DNA from: Squalus acanthias
Lineage: Eukaryota
Direction: 5' to 3'
Length of the DNA: 64,000 bases
NCBI GenBank assembly: GCA_030390025.1
Contig: CM059432.1
Span: forward strand, 70,372,001 to 70,436,000
The notes below the pieces were generated by a model that saw only the letters and a list, made by a program, of their open reading frames with translations, made no database searches and was not told the origin of the DNA. A program made the position numbers and the translations under genes. Below, piece by piece: positions 37,540-49,720 of the stretch (within the stretch, counting starts at the first letter, position 1; every line of letters begins with the position of its first letter).

Positions 37540-40500
37540 CTGAGAAAAGAGGAACAGAGTTAGCCTAATACTTAAAGAATGTATGTATTTTATGACAAGG
37601 GAGGATAAAGTCAGTTTAATTATGCTTATATAGGTTTTTGTAGACCGTTTAAGGCGGCATTTTAAGTGCTAAAAATAAGAGTTTACAAAATTATTTTGAT
37701 CTGGGCAATAAATGCTTTCAGTTATATATGCCAAGCTAGCAGTAGCAGATAAGCATTAATGGAGACTTCAGACAGTAATTTAAAATACAATTACATTGGA
37801 TTGTGTATTGATGTCTGAGTACATCGTCATTACTTTGACATGAGGAAAATGAGTCGCTGTACAATTTATATTCTGTACACCATCATATTGCTTTAATTAT
37901 AGTTAGCTATTGCAACTTCAATTCAACTTGTATTGTTTTCAGATTTATCGTTTCTATTAGTCTAAACTTGCCAAGCAAATCAAGAAAACAGTACCTACTG
38001 TACATTCATTTCCAGATCTGCCATTATCTATCAATTCTTCAGTGGTCTGTACCTTTCCTTTTTATAGAAAACATTTACGTTTTGCTAAGTGAATTAAAAA
38101 ACCCTACCACTTGAAAGAATATGAAAATACTTATTCCCTTTCACCTTTAATAAATGATGGCACATGGCTGATAGATGCAAACAGCACACAAGTTTATTGG
38201 CAGAGCTTTGTACATATATGGCAGTTGGCCAATTGTAGAACTGGACTTTATAGGCCTTTGTGCGGGATTGAAGTTTGCTTGATTACTCGATTAAGTTCAA
38301 GAAATAAAATGTGTTGTTTCACTGTATTCTGGTCTTTGTGAAACTAGAGATAATGGGGAACCAATTCAGCTTATTTTTTGAAATAATTTTAAATTACTGA
38401 ACATGACAGTAAATGCTCCTGCAGAAATGCCAAGTTCCTGAAATAAAGTAGTTAGATTATGAGAATGTGGACAAAATCATCCTCCTCATTCAAGAAAACA
38501 GTCAAATATTAGGTGTTTTATAATTTACTGAGGTTGCTTGCATATCTATAAAGGAAATTCCTAAGTGGAATTGTTGAATAGAATTGTGTACAAGTCCATT
38601 AAACACACACCTGACTTTTTATAGCTTACAATTTATAATGGATGCTGTTCGCAATAAAAAGGGACCCAAGGGAGTTACCTTTTCCTTTAACACCAACATG
38701 TCCAAAATCTCGATTACATTTTCATAGTTTAAGCACCACTCATTTTACAGTTCTTGCTGATTTTGGCCACATTAGGTTTCTCAATAGTTGTTTTTTTGAA
38801 TATACAGCTCGTTTACTCCACATTCTTCTGGCCTCTGACCCTGAACTTGTGTGTTTCCCCTTCATCCCATTGGCAGCAGAGCCTTCAACTTCCTTGGTCC
38901 CACTCTCACTAAACCCTGCCACCTGTCTACTTCTCTTTCAAAAGCCTTCTCAAAACCCACCTTACAACTAGACTACCTAATCTCTCTTTCCTTGGTTTGG
39001 GATTCATTTCTCTGTTTTCAGTTGTGAAGTGCCGTGGGACTTCTCTTTGCTACTTTAAAAGGTGCTGTATAAATGCATGTCGTCACCAATCACTCATGGA
39101 AAAAGCTTTCCCCCAGTTCTTCTACAAATTCTCAACTCCCTCACCTCCTCCTATTAAATCACTTCTGCAACTGATGGCCTGCTTAATTGCTCCCTTGCCT
39201 CTGCCGTTAATGTCCTCGTCCCCAGCAAATCAATAACTCTCCCACTCTTGTTGCTTTCCCGGCTTCAGTTGTGAGGATGTAGAATTCACATCCAGGGTTG
39301 GTGCATGAGGTGTAAACTATGTCAACATTCAAGATTAGACTGGATAGGTGAAGGTAAAGGGGTTGAAAGGATATGGAATCAGGGTGGGTAAACGTGATAA
39401 CTATTTATACATGGAAGATAAACACCAACACGACTGATTGTGCTAAATGGCCTGTTTCCATGTTGTAACTTTAAGTATTTCTCCCTTAAATCAAAGGGGT
39501 GCAAATGCAAGCGCAAACACAGCTGGGGCACAACTGGTCTAATCGCTAGGTCCAACTTGACACAATTCTCCTCAGCCAAAACAACGAGGATCATCTGAGA
39601 GTACAAGGACAATCCTAGGCTCCTTTTCCCATGACCAACCGCCCCGTAAACTCCACTTCCCTACCCTGTCTACTCAAATGTTGAATGTGAGGAGCTCATA
39701 AACTTCTTTAACTCCAAGATCATCTTTGGTCCTTTGATTTGAGGAAGTAATACAAAAGAAATACACCTGATTCTTCCTGCCCACCAATCCCTACCTCCCC
39801 GCAGTCTTCCAACCATTCTACTTCAGGAATCCCATCTCTTGCAGATTTCCCAACTATTCTCGCTGCTTTAGCAAACCGCATTTTATCCACAAGATCCACA
39901 TCGTGCTCCCTCAATCCACTCACCACTCAACTCCTGTCCAAACAACATCCTTTCATGGTTCCCAGACTAGCTAACATTGTCAATGGTTGCCTTTCCTCAT
40001 GCACGGTCAGAACTGCTATCAGCTCCTCCTCAAAAAAAAAGCACCTTTACCTATCTGTTTTCTCCCACTACCATCCTCCCTTAGGTTCTTGAATATGTCA
40101 CCACCTCCCAGCTTTGTACCCATCTTTACTACCATTTCCTGCTTGAATCTCTACAGTACAGCTTTTGCCCTTCTTGCAGCACTGAAAATGGCCCTACCCA
40201 AGTCATGAATGATATTCACTGTCACCATCCCTCCTTGTCCTTTCCGCAGTGCTCAATACAGTTGACTATGCCATCCTCCTCAAAGCCTCTCTGCCACTGT
40301 CTCCCTCCATGGGACTGCCCTTGATCGGTCAATTTCTAGCTATCCAATCAAAGCCAGTGCATTTCCAGCAACGGCTTCTCTCCCCTTCCCCACTGTCACC
40401 TTCAGAGGACCCCAAGGACTTATCCTCACACTCTTTCCCCCCCTCCCCCCAAACTCCTCTTCCTTATCTACATACTGCCCTTTGGTATAATCTGCAAGCA

Positions 40501-40902
40501 TGGAGTCAGCTTCCACACTTACAATAACACCTAGAACATAAGAGCATAAGAAATAGGAGCAGGCGTTGGCGATTCGGCCCCTCGAGCCTGCTCCGCCATT
40601 CAATAAGAGCCCCCGAGGCGTGGTAGGCCCAGAGCAGCGGAGGCAGCCCGAGGAGCGGCGAGCGGCGGTATAAAGGTGAGCTCGGGGGATTTTCCCTAAT
40701 CCAGGTCTGGGAGAGGGAAGCAAAAAACAATCGAACTGTGACATCACCAAGAAGCAGGTAAGTGATTGGTTGGTGAGTATTTTCCTTCTAAATTTTTCTA
40801 AACTTAAAATTTTGCGGTTTCTAGGGTCTCTGTTGTGTAGCGGGGACTACTGTTAAGAAAGGGCCCTTGAGTATATCATTTAATTGAAGTGAAATTGGTG
40901 GG

Positions 40903-40961
40903 ATTAATTTAATTTAATTAATTAATTAATTAATTAATTAAATTAATTAATCAATTAATTA
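40903..40961. repeat. (AATT)n microsatellite in the CR1 5'UTR
   Basis: Direct reading. Confidence 0.9.
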
Positions 40962-40972
40962 AAGGGTAATTC

Positions 40973-41898
40973 ATGGCAGGAGAGCTCCGCCCCGTGATAT
41001 GCTCCTCCTGCTATATGTGTGTGGGAAGTGTACCCAACTGCAGCTACTGATAGACCGCATTGCGGCTCTGGAGCTGCGGATGGATGCATATTGGAGCATT
41101 CGCGACGCTGAGAACGTTGTGGATAGCACATTTAGCGAGTTGGTCACACCGCAAGTAAAGGGTGTACAGGCAGGAAGTGAATGGCTGACCACCAGGCAGA
41201 GTAAGCGGTGCAGGCAGGTAGTGCAAGGGTCCCCTGTGGCCATCCCCCTCTCAAACAGATATACCACTTTGGATACTGTTGGGGGGGTGGGGGGGGGGGA
41301 GATGATTTATCAGGGGAAGGCAGCAGCAGCCAACTTCCTGGCACCATGGGTGGCTCTGCTGCACAGGCTGGGAGGAAAAAGTGTGGAAGAGCTGTAGTGA
41401 TAGGGGACTCAATTGTAAGGGGAATAGATAGGCATTTCTGTGGCTGCAAACGAGACTCCAGGATGGTGTGTTGCCTCCCTGGTGCAAGGGTCAAGGACGT
41501 CTCAGAGCGGCTACAGAACATTTTGGAGGGGGAGGGCGAACAGCCAGTTGTCGTGGTGCACATAGGCACCAACGATATAGGTAAAAAACGGGATGAGGTC
41601 CTAAAAGCAGAATATAGGGAGTTAGGAGGTAAATTTAAAAAATAGGACCTCAAAGGTAGTAATCTCAGGATTGCTACCAGTGCCACGTGCTAGTCAGAGT
41701 AGAAATAGGAGGATATTTCAAATGAATACGTGGCTAGAGGAATGGTGCAAGGGGGAGGGATTCAAATTCCTTGGACATTGGAACCGGTTCTGGGGGAGGT
41801 GGGACCAGTACAAACGGGACGGTCTGTACCTGGGCAGGGCCGGGACCGATGTCCTAGGGGGAGTGCTTGCTAGTGCTGTTGGGGAGGGTTTAAACTAA
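40973..41898 (+). pseudogene. CR1 ORF1 (zinc finger/leucine zipper + SGNH esterase), frameshifted
   Basis: Fragments in three frames. Frameshifts at the zinc finger, at the G-run ~41281-41299 and at the A-run ~41640. Confidence 0.85.
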
Positions 41899-44871
41899 AG
41901 TGGCAGGGGGTTGGGAACCTGAGCAGGGAGACAGAGGAAAGGGAAACAAGGATAAAAGCAAAAGACAGGAAGGAGAAAAACAAAAGTAGAAGGCAAAGAA
42001 CTCAACGGTTTAAATCAAACATGGTCACAGTAAATAATAATTCATATAGGTCTGAGAGCGTTAAAAAAACAAGCCTGAAGGCTTTGTGTCTTAATGCAAG
42101 GAGCATTGGGAACAAGGTGGATGAATTAGCTGCGCAAATAGAGGTAAATGAATACGATTTGATTGGGATTACAGCAACATGGCTCCAGGGTGGCCAAGGC
42201 TGGGAACTCAACATCCAGGGGTATTCAATATTTAGGAAAGATAGGCAAAAAAGGGAGGTGGGGTAGCATTGCTGGTTAAAGAGGGGATTAACACAATTGA
42301 GAGGAAGGATATTAGCTCTGATGATGCGGAATCTGTATGGGTAGAACTGAGAAATAACATGGGGCAGAAAACGTTAGTGGGAGTGGTATATAGACCTCCA
42401 AACAGTAATACGGAGGTTGGGGACGGCATTAAAAGGGAAATTAGAGAAGCATGCAGTAAGGGCACAGCAGTCATCATGGGTGACTTTAATTTACATATAG
42501 ATTGGGCTAACCAAATTAGTAAAAATACTGTGGAGGAGGAATTCCTAGAATGTTTACGGGATGGTTTTCTGGAACAATATGTCGAGGAACCAACCAGAGA
42601 TCAGGCCATCTTAGACTGGGTATTATGTAACGAAAAAGGATTAATTAGCAATCTTGTTGTACGAGGCCCCTTGGGTCAGAGTGATCATAATATGATAGAA
42701 TTCTTCATTAAGATGGAGAGTGAAGTAGTTGAATCAGAGACTAGGGTCCTGAATTTAAATAAAGGAAACTACGATGGTATGAGGTGCGAATTGGGTAGGA
42801 TTGATTGGGGAATGTCACTCAAAGGGTTGACGGTGGATAGGCAATGACAAACATTCAAAGACTGCATGGATGAACTACAGAATTTGTTCATCCCAGTGTG
42901 GCATAAGAATAAAACAAAAAGGGTGACTCAACCGTGGCTAACAAGGGAAATTAGGGATAGCATAAGATCCAAGGAGAGGGCATATGAATTGGCCAGAAAA
43001 AGCAGTAACCCTGAGGATTGGGAGCAGTTTAGGATTCAACAAAGGAGGACAAAGGGATTAATTAAGATGGGGAAAATAGAATATGAAAGTAAGCTTGCAG
43101 GGAACATAAAAACTGACTAAGAGCTTTTATAGATATGTGAAGAGAAAAAGATTAGTGAAATCAAGTGTAGGTCCCTTGCAGTCAGAAGCGGGGGAAGTTA
43201 TAATGGGGAACAAAGAAATGGCATGCCAATTAAATGCATATTTTGGTTCTGTCTTCACAAAGGAGGACACAAATAACCTCCCAGAGATGTTGGAGAACAT
43301 AGGGTCTGATAAAAGGGAGGAACTGAAAGAAATCAGTATTTGCAGGGAAATGGTGTTAGGGAAATTGACGGGATTGAAGGCCAATAAATCCCCAGGGCCT
43401 GATAATCTACATCCTAGGGTACTTAAGGAAGTGGCCCTAGAAATAGTAGATGCATTGCTGATCATCTTCCAACATTCGATGGAATCTGGAACTGTACCCA
43501 TGGATTGGAGGGTAGCTAATGTTACCCCACTATTCAAAAAAGGTGGTAGAGAGAAAATGGGGAATTACAGACTGGTAAGCCTGACATCGGTAGTGGGGAA
43601 AATGCTAGAGTCCATTATAAAGGATGTAACAGCTGAGCACTTGAAAAACAGTGACAGGATTGGACAAAGTCAACATGGATTTACAAAAGATAAATCGTGC
43701 TTGACTAATCTATTGAAATTTTTTGAGGATGTAACTGGGAAAATAGATAAGGGAGAACCAGTAGATGTGGTGTATTTGGACTTTCAAAAGGCTTTCGATA
43801 AGGTCCCGCATAAGAGATTAGCGTGTAAAGTTAAGGCATATGGGATTGGGGGCAAGGTATTGACTTGGATAGAGAACTGGTTGGCGGACAGAAAGCAGAG
43901 AGTAGGAATTAATGGGTCTTTTTCCGAGTGGCAGGCAGTGACTAGTGGGGTACCGCAGGGAGCTGTCCTTGGACCCCAGCTATTCACAATATACATTAAT
44001 GATCTAGATTAGGGAACTAAATGTAATATCTCCAAGTTTGCAGATGACACAAAGCTGGGTGGGAGTGTGTGCTGCGAGGAGGATACTGAGAAACTCCAGG
44101 ATGATTTTGACAGGTTGGGTGAGTGGGCAGAAGCGTGGCAGATGCAATATAACGTGGATAAATGCGAGGTTATCCACTTTGGTGTCAAAAACAGAAAGGC
44201 AGATTATCTGAATGGCAATAAATTGGGAGAAGGGTAAGTGCAACGAGACCTGGGTGTCCTTGTGCACCAGTCGCTAAAGGTAAGCATGCAGGTGCAGCAG
44301 GCGGTGAAGAAGGCAAATGGTATGTTGGCCTTCATAGCGAAAGGGTTTGAGTATAGGAACAGGGATGTCCTGCTGCAGTTGTACAGGGCCTTGGTGAGAC
44401 CACACCTGGAGTACTGTGTGCAGTTTTGGTCGCCTTATCTGAGGAAGGATGTTCTTGCCATGGAAGGAGTTCAGCGAAGATTCACAAGGCTGATACCTGG
44501 GATGGCAGGAATGACATGAGGAGAGATTGGGTTGATTGGGCTTATACTCGCTGGAGTATAGAAGAATGAGAGGGGATCTCATCGAAACATATAAAATTCT
44601 GACAGGTCTGGACAAACTAGATGCAGGAAGAATGTTCCTGATGGTCGGAGAGTCCAGAACCAGGGGTCATAATCCAAGGATAAGGGGTAAGCCATTTAGG
44701 ACAGAAATGAGGAAGAATTTCTTCACCCAGAGAGTGGTGAACCTGTGGAATTCTCTACCACAGAAGGTAGTTGAGGCCAAGTCATTAAATATATTCAAGA
44801 ATGAGTTAGATATATTTCTTAAAGCTAAAGCTATCAAAGGATATGGGGAGAAGGCAGGTACAGGGTACTGA
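41889..44871 (+). pseudogene. CR1 ORF2 (APE-RT), disrupted
   Basis: ORF-track pieces 42021-42266, 42269-42847, 42866-43120, 43137-44012, 44238-44519 and 44536-44871 are collinear with the intact ORF2 at 27353. Confidence 0.9.
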
Positions 44872-44960
44872 GTTTGGATGATCAGCCATGATCTCATCGA
44901 ATGGCGGAGCAGGCTCGAGGGGCTGAATGGCCTACTCCTGCTCCTATCTTCTATGTTTCT

Positions 44961-46070
44961 ATGGCTGATCTTCTACCTCATCTCCACTTTCCTGCACTAT
45001 CCCCATATCCCTTAATATTCAAAAATCTATCGATCTCTGTCTTGAATATACTCAACGACTGAGCCTCCACAGCCCTCTGGGGTAGAGAATTCTAAAGATT
45101 CACCACCCTCTGAGTGAAGAAATTTCTCATCTCGGTCCTAAATGGCCAACCCCTGGTTCTAGACTCCCCAGCCAGGGGAAACATCCTCCCTGCATCTACC
45201 CTGTCAAGCCCTCTAAGAATTTTATATGTTTCAATGAGATCACCTCTCATTCTTCTAAACTCTAGAGAATATAGGCCTAGTCTACTCGATCTCTGCTCAT
45301 AGGACAATCCCCCATCCCAGGAATCAGTCTGGTGAACCTTCGTTGCACTCCCTCTTTGGCAAGTATATCCTTCCTTAGGTAAGGAGACCAAAACTGTACA
45401 CAATACTCCAGGTGTGGTCTCACCAGAGCCCTATATAATTGCAGTAAGACGTCTTTACTCTTATACTCAATCCTCTTGTAATAAAGGCCAACATACCATT
45501 TGCTTTCCTAAATGCTTGCTGTACCTGCATGTTAACTTTCAGTGATTCGTGTACAAGGACACCCAGGTCCCTCTGAACAGCAACATTTCCCAATCTCTCA
45601 CCATTTAAAAAATACTCTGCTTTTCTATTTTTCCTACCAAAGTGGATAACTTCACATTTCTCCACATTATATTCCATTTGCCATGCTCTTGCCCACTCAC
45701 TTAGCTTGTCTATATCCCCTTGAAGCCTCTTTGTATTCTCCTCACAACTTACATTCCCACCCAGCTTTGTATCAGCAGCAAATTTGGATATATTACATTT
45801 GGTCCCCTCATCCAAATCATTGATATAGATTGTGAATAGCTAAGGCCCAAGCGCTGATCCTTGCCGTACCCCACTAATTACTGCCTGCCAACCCGAAAAT
45901 GACCTGTTTATTCCTACTCTGTTTTCTGTCTATTAACCAATCCTCAATCCATGCTAGTATATTACCCCCAATCCCATGAACCCTAATTTTGTTTAATAAC
46001 CTCTTGTGTGGCACCTTATCAAATGCCTTCTGAAAATCCAAATGCACCCCATCCACTGGTTCCCCCTTAT
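44961..46070 (-). mobile_element. CR1 LINE fragment (host of the full-length CR1; its tail end lies at 40532-40608)
   Basis: RT fragments 45092-46056. The tail is split as ...ccattcaataaga | atggctgatc... Confidence 0.88.
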
Positions 46071-46079
46071 CTAGCTATA

Positions 46080-46565
46080 GGAGTGAATTTTTGGCTTAAT
46101 GGCAGCATTCCTGCCTGTGAGTCAGAAGGTGAAGTGTCCGAGCCCCACTTCAGATAGCCCCTGCAAGTGAAGACTAGAATGTGGTCTCTAAATACTGGGC
46201 TGACATACAACATGGTTCTAGTGCTCGGAAGGAGTGACCACTGGCTCAGTGGTAGTATTCCTGCCTGAGTCAGAAGGGTTGGGTTCAGGCCCCAATCTAG
46301 ACAGGCCCAGCAAGCAGAGGACTGAACATTAGCTCTGAATGCTGGATTGATGTCCAGCAAGGTTACCTGCGTCCAATGGGTGCAGCTGGTTTCCCTTTAC
46401 AATTGTAAAGGGTAGGTGGTGGTCTTTAGCCTTGGTTGCAGCGCACTAGAAGGTTTTCCGAAGATAGGAATGGAAAACCCACTCAACTACGCTTCTAGTA
46501 AGTGGCTCAAGAATCTCATATGCGAGACTCGAGTTAGGGCCACGCAGAACCCTACGGATGGATGG
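46080..46565 (+). mobile_element. Dimeric tRNA-headed SINE, copy 1
   Basis: Two tandem A/B-box units followed by a unique 3' part; homologous to 60615-61105. Confidence 0.75.
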
Positions 46566-46569
46566 ACCC

Positions 46570-47467
46570 AGCTCTACCTTCCCTCCACTTCTCTTGACCC
46601 TTGACTGTCTCCAAGCTATCAGAACATTTTCCAACATCAAGTCATGGATGAGTAACAACTTTCTCCAGCTAAACATCAGAAAAACCCACACCACTATCTT
46701 CAGACACCACCACAAACTCCACTTCATTACCTCTGATTCCGTCCTCCTCCCTAGTCACTTTCTCGGGCTGAACCAGACTTTCTGTAATTGGTGTCCTGTG
46801 CTGAGCTGAGCTTTAAACCCTGTATTAAGAATGCTTACTTCCATCTCCACAACACTGCTCATTTCCGTCCTTCCCTCAGCCCCTCTGCTGCTGAATCCCT
46901 TATACATGCCTTTTTCACCTCCAGACTTGATTTCTCCAATGTTCTCTTTGCTGGTCTCTTATCGTCCACCCTCCATAAACTCCAACTTGTCCAAAACTCT
47001 GCTGCACATAGACTGCACCATACCAAGTCCCACTTTCTCATCCTTGCTGACCTACAGTGGCTCCCTACCATCCCCATCTCCCACCCAATCACATTTAAAA
47101 TCCTTACCTTCCTTTATAAATTCCCCCATGTCCTTACTCCACCCTATATCTGCAATTTCCTCAAGACCCATATCCCTTCATCCCTCTGACTTCAGCATTT
47201 TGTGCACTGCAGCATTCCCCCCCCTCCAATTTGCCCCACGACTGTGACAGAGCTTTCAGCTGCCTTGACCCTATTCTTTGTAACTGCCTACTGAAACCCC
47301 TCTGCCTCTCCACCTTTAAAAACTTCCCCAGGACCCACCTCTTTGGTCAAGCTTTCAGTCACCACTCAATTTCTCCCTTCCAGCCTGGCATGCATTTTTC
47401 TTGTACCTATTTGTAAAGCACCTTGAAATGTTCCTATGTTGAGGCACAATATAAATACAAGTTGTTT
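46570..47467 (+). mobile_element. L2-clade LINE 3' fragment
   Basis: IKSWMSNNFLQLN, LIHAFFTSRLDFSN, KLQLVQNSAA, LQWLP; tail ATATAAATACAAGTTGTT. Confidence 0.85.
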
Positions 47468-49395
47468 ATCTGTAGACATTAGGTCAGCTAATCACAGCCA
47501 TATTTGCCATTACCTACAATGAGATGTTTGGAAGTCAATTCTTCACTTAATGTACCTGTTACATAAAAATACTCTAGGTACTGTTTTAATTCTTACTAAT
47601 GCTAATAATTACAAGTCATCATGAAACAAGTAGACTGAACTAGTTCCAAAATTAATGTTGAACGGCACAACACCATACACATTTGACACAATTCCCAAGT
47701 TACACTTATGCTCGTGGGAAAACAGACCTCTCGTGGATTCAGTCTCCAAGCTGAAGAATAATCAGCATATTTTCAGGCAGTGAGGTGATATTTAACTAGC
47801 TTGTTGGTGTTTTTCCACTTGCATGATATACAAAGGAACTGCATTTGATATATATTAAACTTTCAGAAAGCTTTTGACAATGCTTCACATCAATGATTAA
47901 AGACTAGTTAAGGAAAATAATTGCGCTCTTGCAGTGCAGTCACTGTTGTTTGTAAGTAAAAGTAGCAGCCAATTTGCACACAGTATCTTAAAACATAAAA
48001 TGAGATAAATGACTAATCTCTTTTGATGGTGCTGCTTTACGGATAAATATTGGCCAGGACACTGGGAGAACTCATTGTTCTTCTTTGAATAGTGTCATGG
48101 GATTCGCCTGACAGACAGGGCCTCAAGTTTAACATCTCATTCAAAAGAAGCATCTTTGACAAAACAGCACAAGGAGTTCTGGAACAGTAGTTAAAATATG
48201 GCATTGGATAGATAATTGGCTTAAAAACAGGAAACTTTTAAAGCTGCAAAGAGGTTACAGCAGAGCACTTCATGGTTCAATTCTGGGACTACTTGTATTT
48301 TTAGTGACAGATGAATGCACCTCCAAGTTTGCCAATTATAACCAAAAAAGTACACAGTGTAAATATTTAAAAAATACAACCAAATTCAGAAGGATTGGGA
48401 TTTTTTTTAATAATTGGCCCAGTAGGTCACAGATGACTCAATTTGCATAATTGTTAACATTCAAGAAAGAACAAGGAACATGTGTTAAATGGAAGAGTTG
48501 CACAGTGACCTGATCAAGAAAAGCTTCTGGGTTATTGTGGTTTATTCTGTGAAACTGTCAGCCTAGTGTTTAGCTGCAGATTAAAAAACAAAATAAGGCA
48601 CTGGGTTGCATTAACAGAGGGCTAGAGTACAAATCAAAAGAAGTTGTATTGTTGAATATAAAGAATTGATCAGATTCCATCTGGACGACTGTGGATACCT
48701 CCAGTCACCTAATCATTAGAGGGATATTATACCAATGAGCATAACAATGATTATGGGCATCAGCAATCAATGAGGAAACATTAAGTTATTTATTTTCCTT
48801 TGAAAAAGAGGGGACTTCCAGTTGACCCAATCGACGTTTTTGAAATACAAAGGGGACTGATGAGGGTGATGCAGGCAAAGAAGTTCAAACACTGGATGAA
48901 AATTGAAAGTTAAGAAATTCAGATTAAGGAAGGAATTCAGAAGGACTATTTTTAAAATAAAAAGTGTAATTGGCTTTCTGGAATAAGATACCAAGGCAAG
49001 TCATTTAAACAAACAGTGTAAATGATTTCAAGAGGAACATGGCAAGAAGGCAGGTAAGTGGTAATGAGATCAGAAAGTCGGCCTCGTTAGGCACAAGCTT
49101 TTCGAGCTGCCAAACATTGTTATATTCTTCTGTTCTGCACGCTTAAGATATTCATACCTAATGTGGCCATGTATATTTCAAGATTAATAGAAGATATTTT
49201 ACTGAACATAAACTAGCCTATCATAACTTCAGAATCATCTCGTCGCATATAAAATAAGTTTGCAAGATTATAATCAATCTACTCACATTCCATAAGTACA
49301 AGATCAAGTCACTCCTTATAAACTATTTCTGCCACAAACAAAATTTTAGTTAGGATAGCAACATACAAATTATATTAAAAATGAAAACTGCTTAC

Positions 49396-49720
49396 CATGC
49401 CATATAGTTGCATGTCCATCCCACAGAGTTGCCAAAGTCTTCCTAGCGCCATCCCAAACATTATTCGAATAAGCCTCTTTTAGCTCTCTTTTTCTTTTGT
49501 ACACGTGCAGAAAAAGAATGGAAAGGTACAGGAACAGAATAAGAAACAATGGCAGAATGAAGACGATGATGAGGGGGGTGAAGACCCACAGGAGGTAGTC
49601 CAGGTAATTCAGGGAGCCTTCCAGGATTTCCAAGCCAGTCCATTTTTCCACTATGCCAATCATGTAGGACACAAAACTCCCACTTTGTCCATCCACATAG
49701 GATTCATCAGCAGTAGCCAT
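49396..49720 (-). CDS. TMEM68: TMEM68 (DIESL) coding exon 1, aa 1-108 + phase 1
   Basis: ATG at 49720 gives MATADESYVD...YLLWVFTPLIIVFILP...KEAYSNNVWDGARKTLATLWDGHATIWHG, which matches the recalled vertebrate TMEM68 N-terminus and TM segment. Donor G|GTAAG at 49396/49395; 325 nt. Confidence 0.95.

Larger units (their letters stand above)
40609..44963 (+). mobile_element. Full-length or near full-length CR1 LINE (5'UTR, ORF1, ORF2, 3' tail), inactivated
   Basis: GC-rich 5' end. ORF1 remnants: ATG 40973, CxxC, leucine-rich helix, GDSIVRG/HIGTND SGNH-esterase motifs, stop 41896-41898. ORF2 is broken by stops and frameshifts (e.g. 42845, 43118, 44010). Tail ends TTCTATGTTTCTATG. Confidence 0.93.

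Noticed and set aside
46080..46300. tRNA genes at A/B-box motifs (also 4890, 22270, 60880-61105)
   Set aside because: They run into SINE bodies and lack a convincing cloverleaf or terminator.
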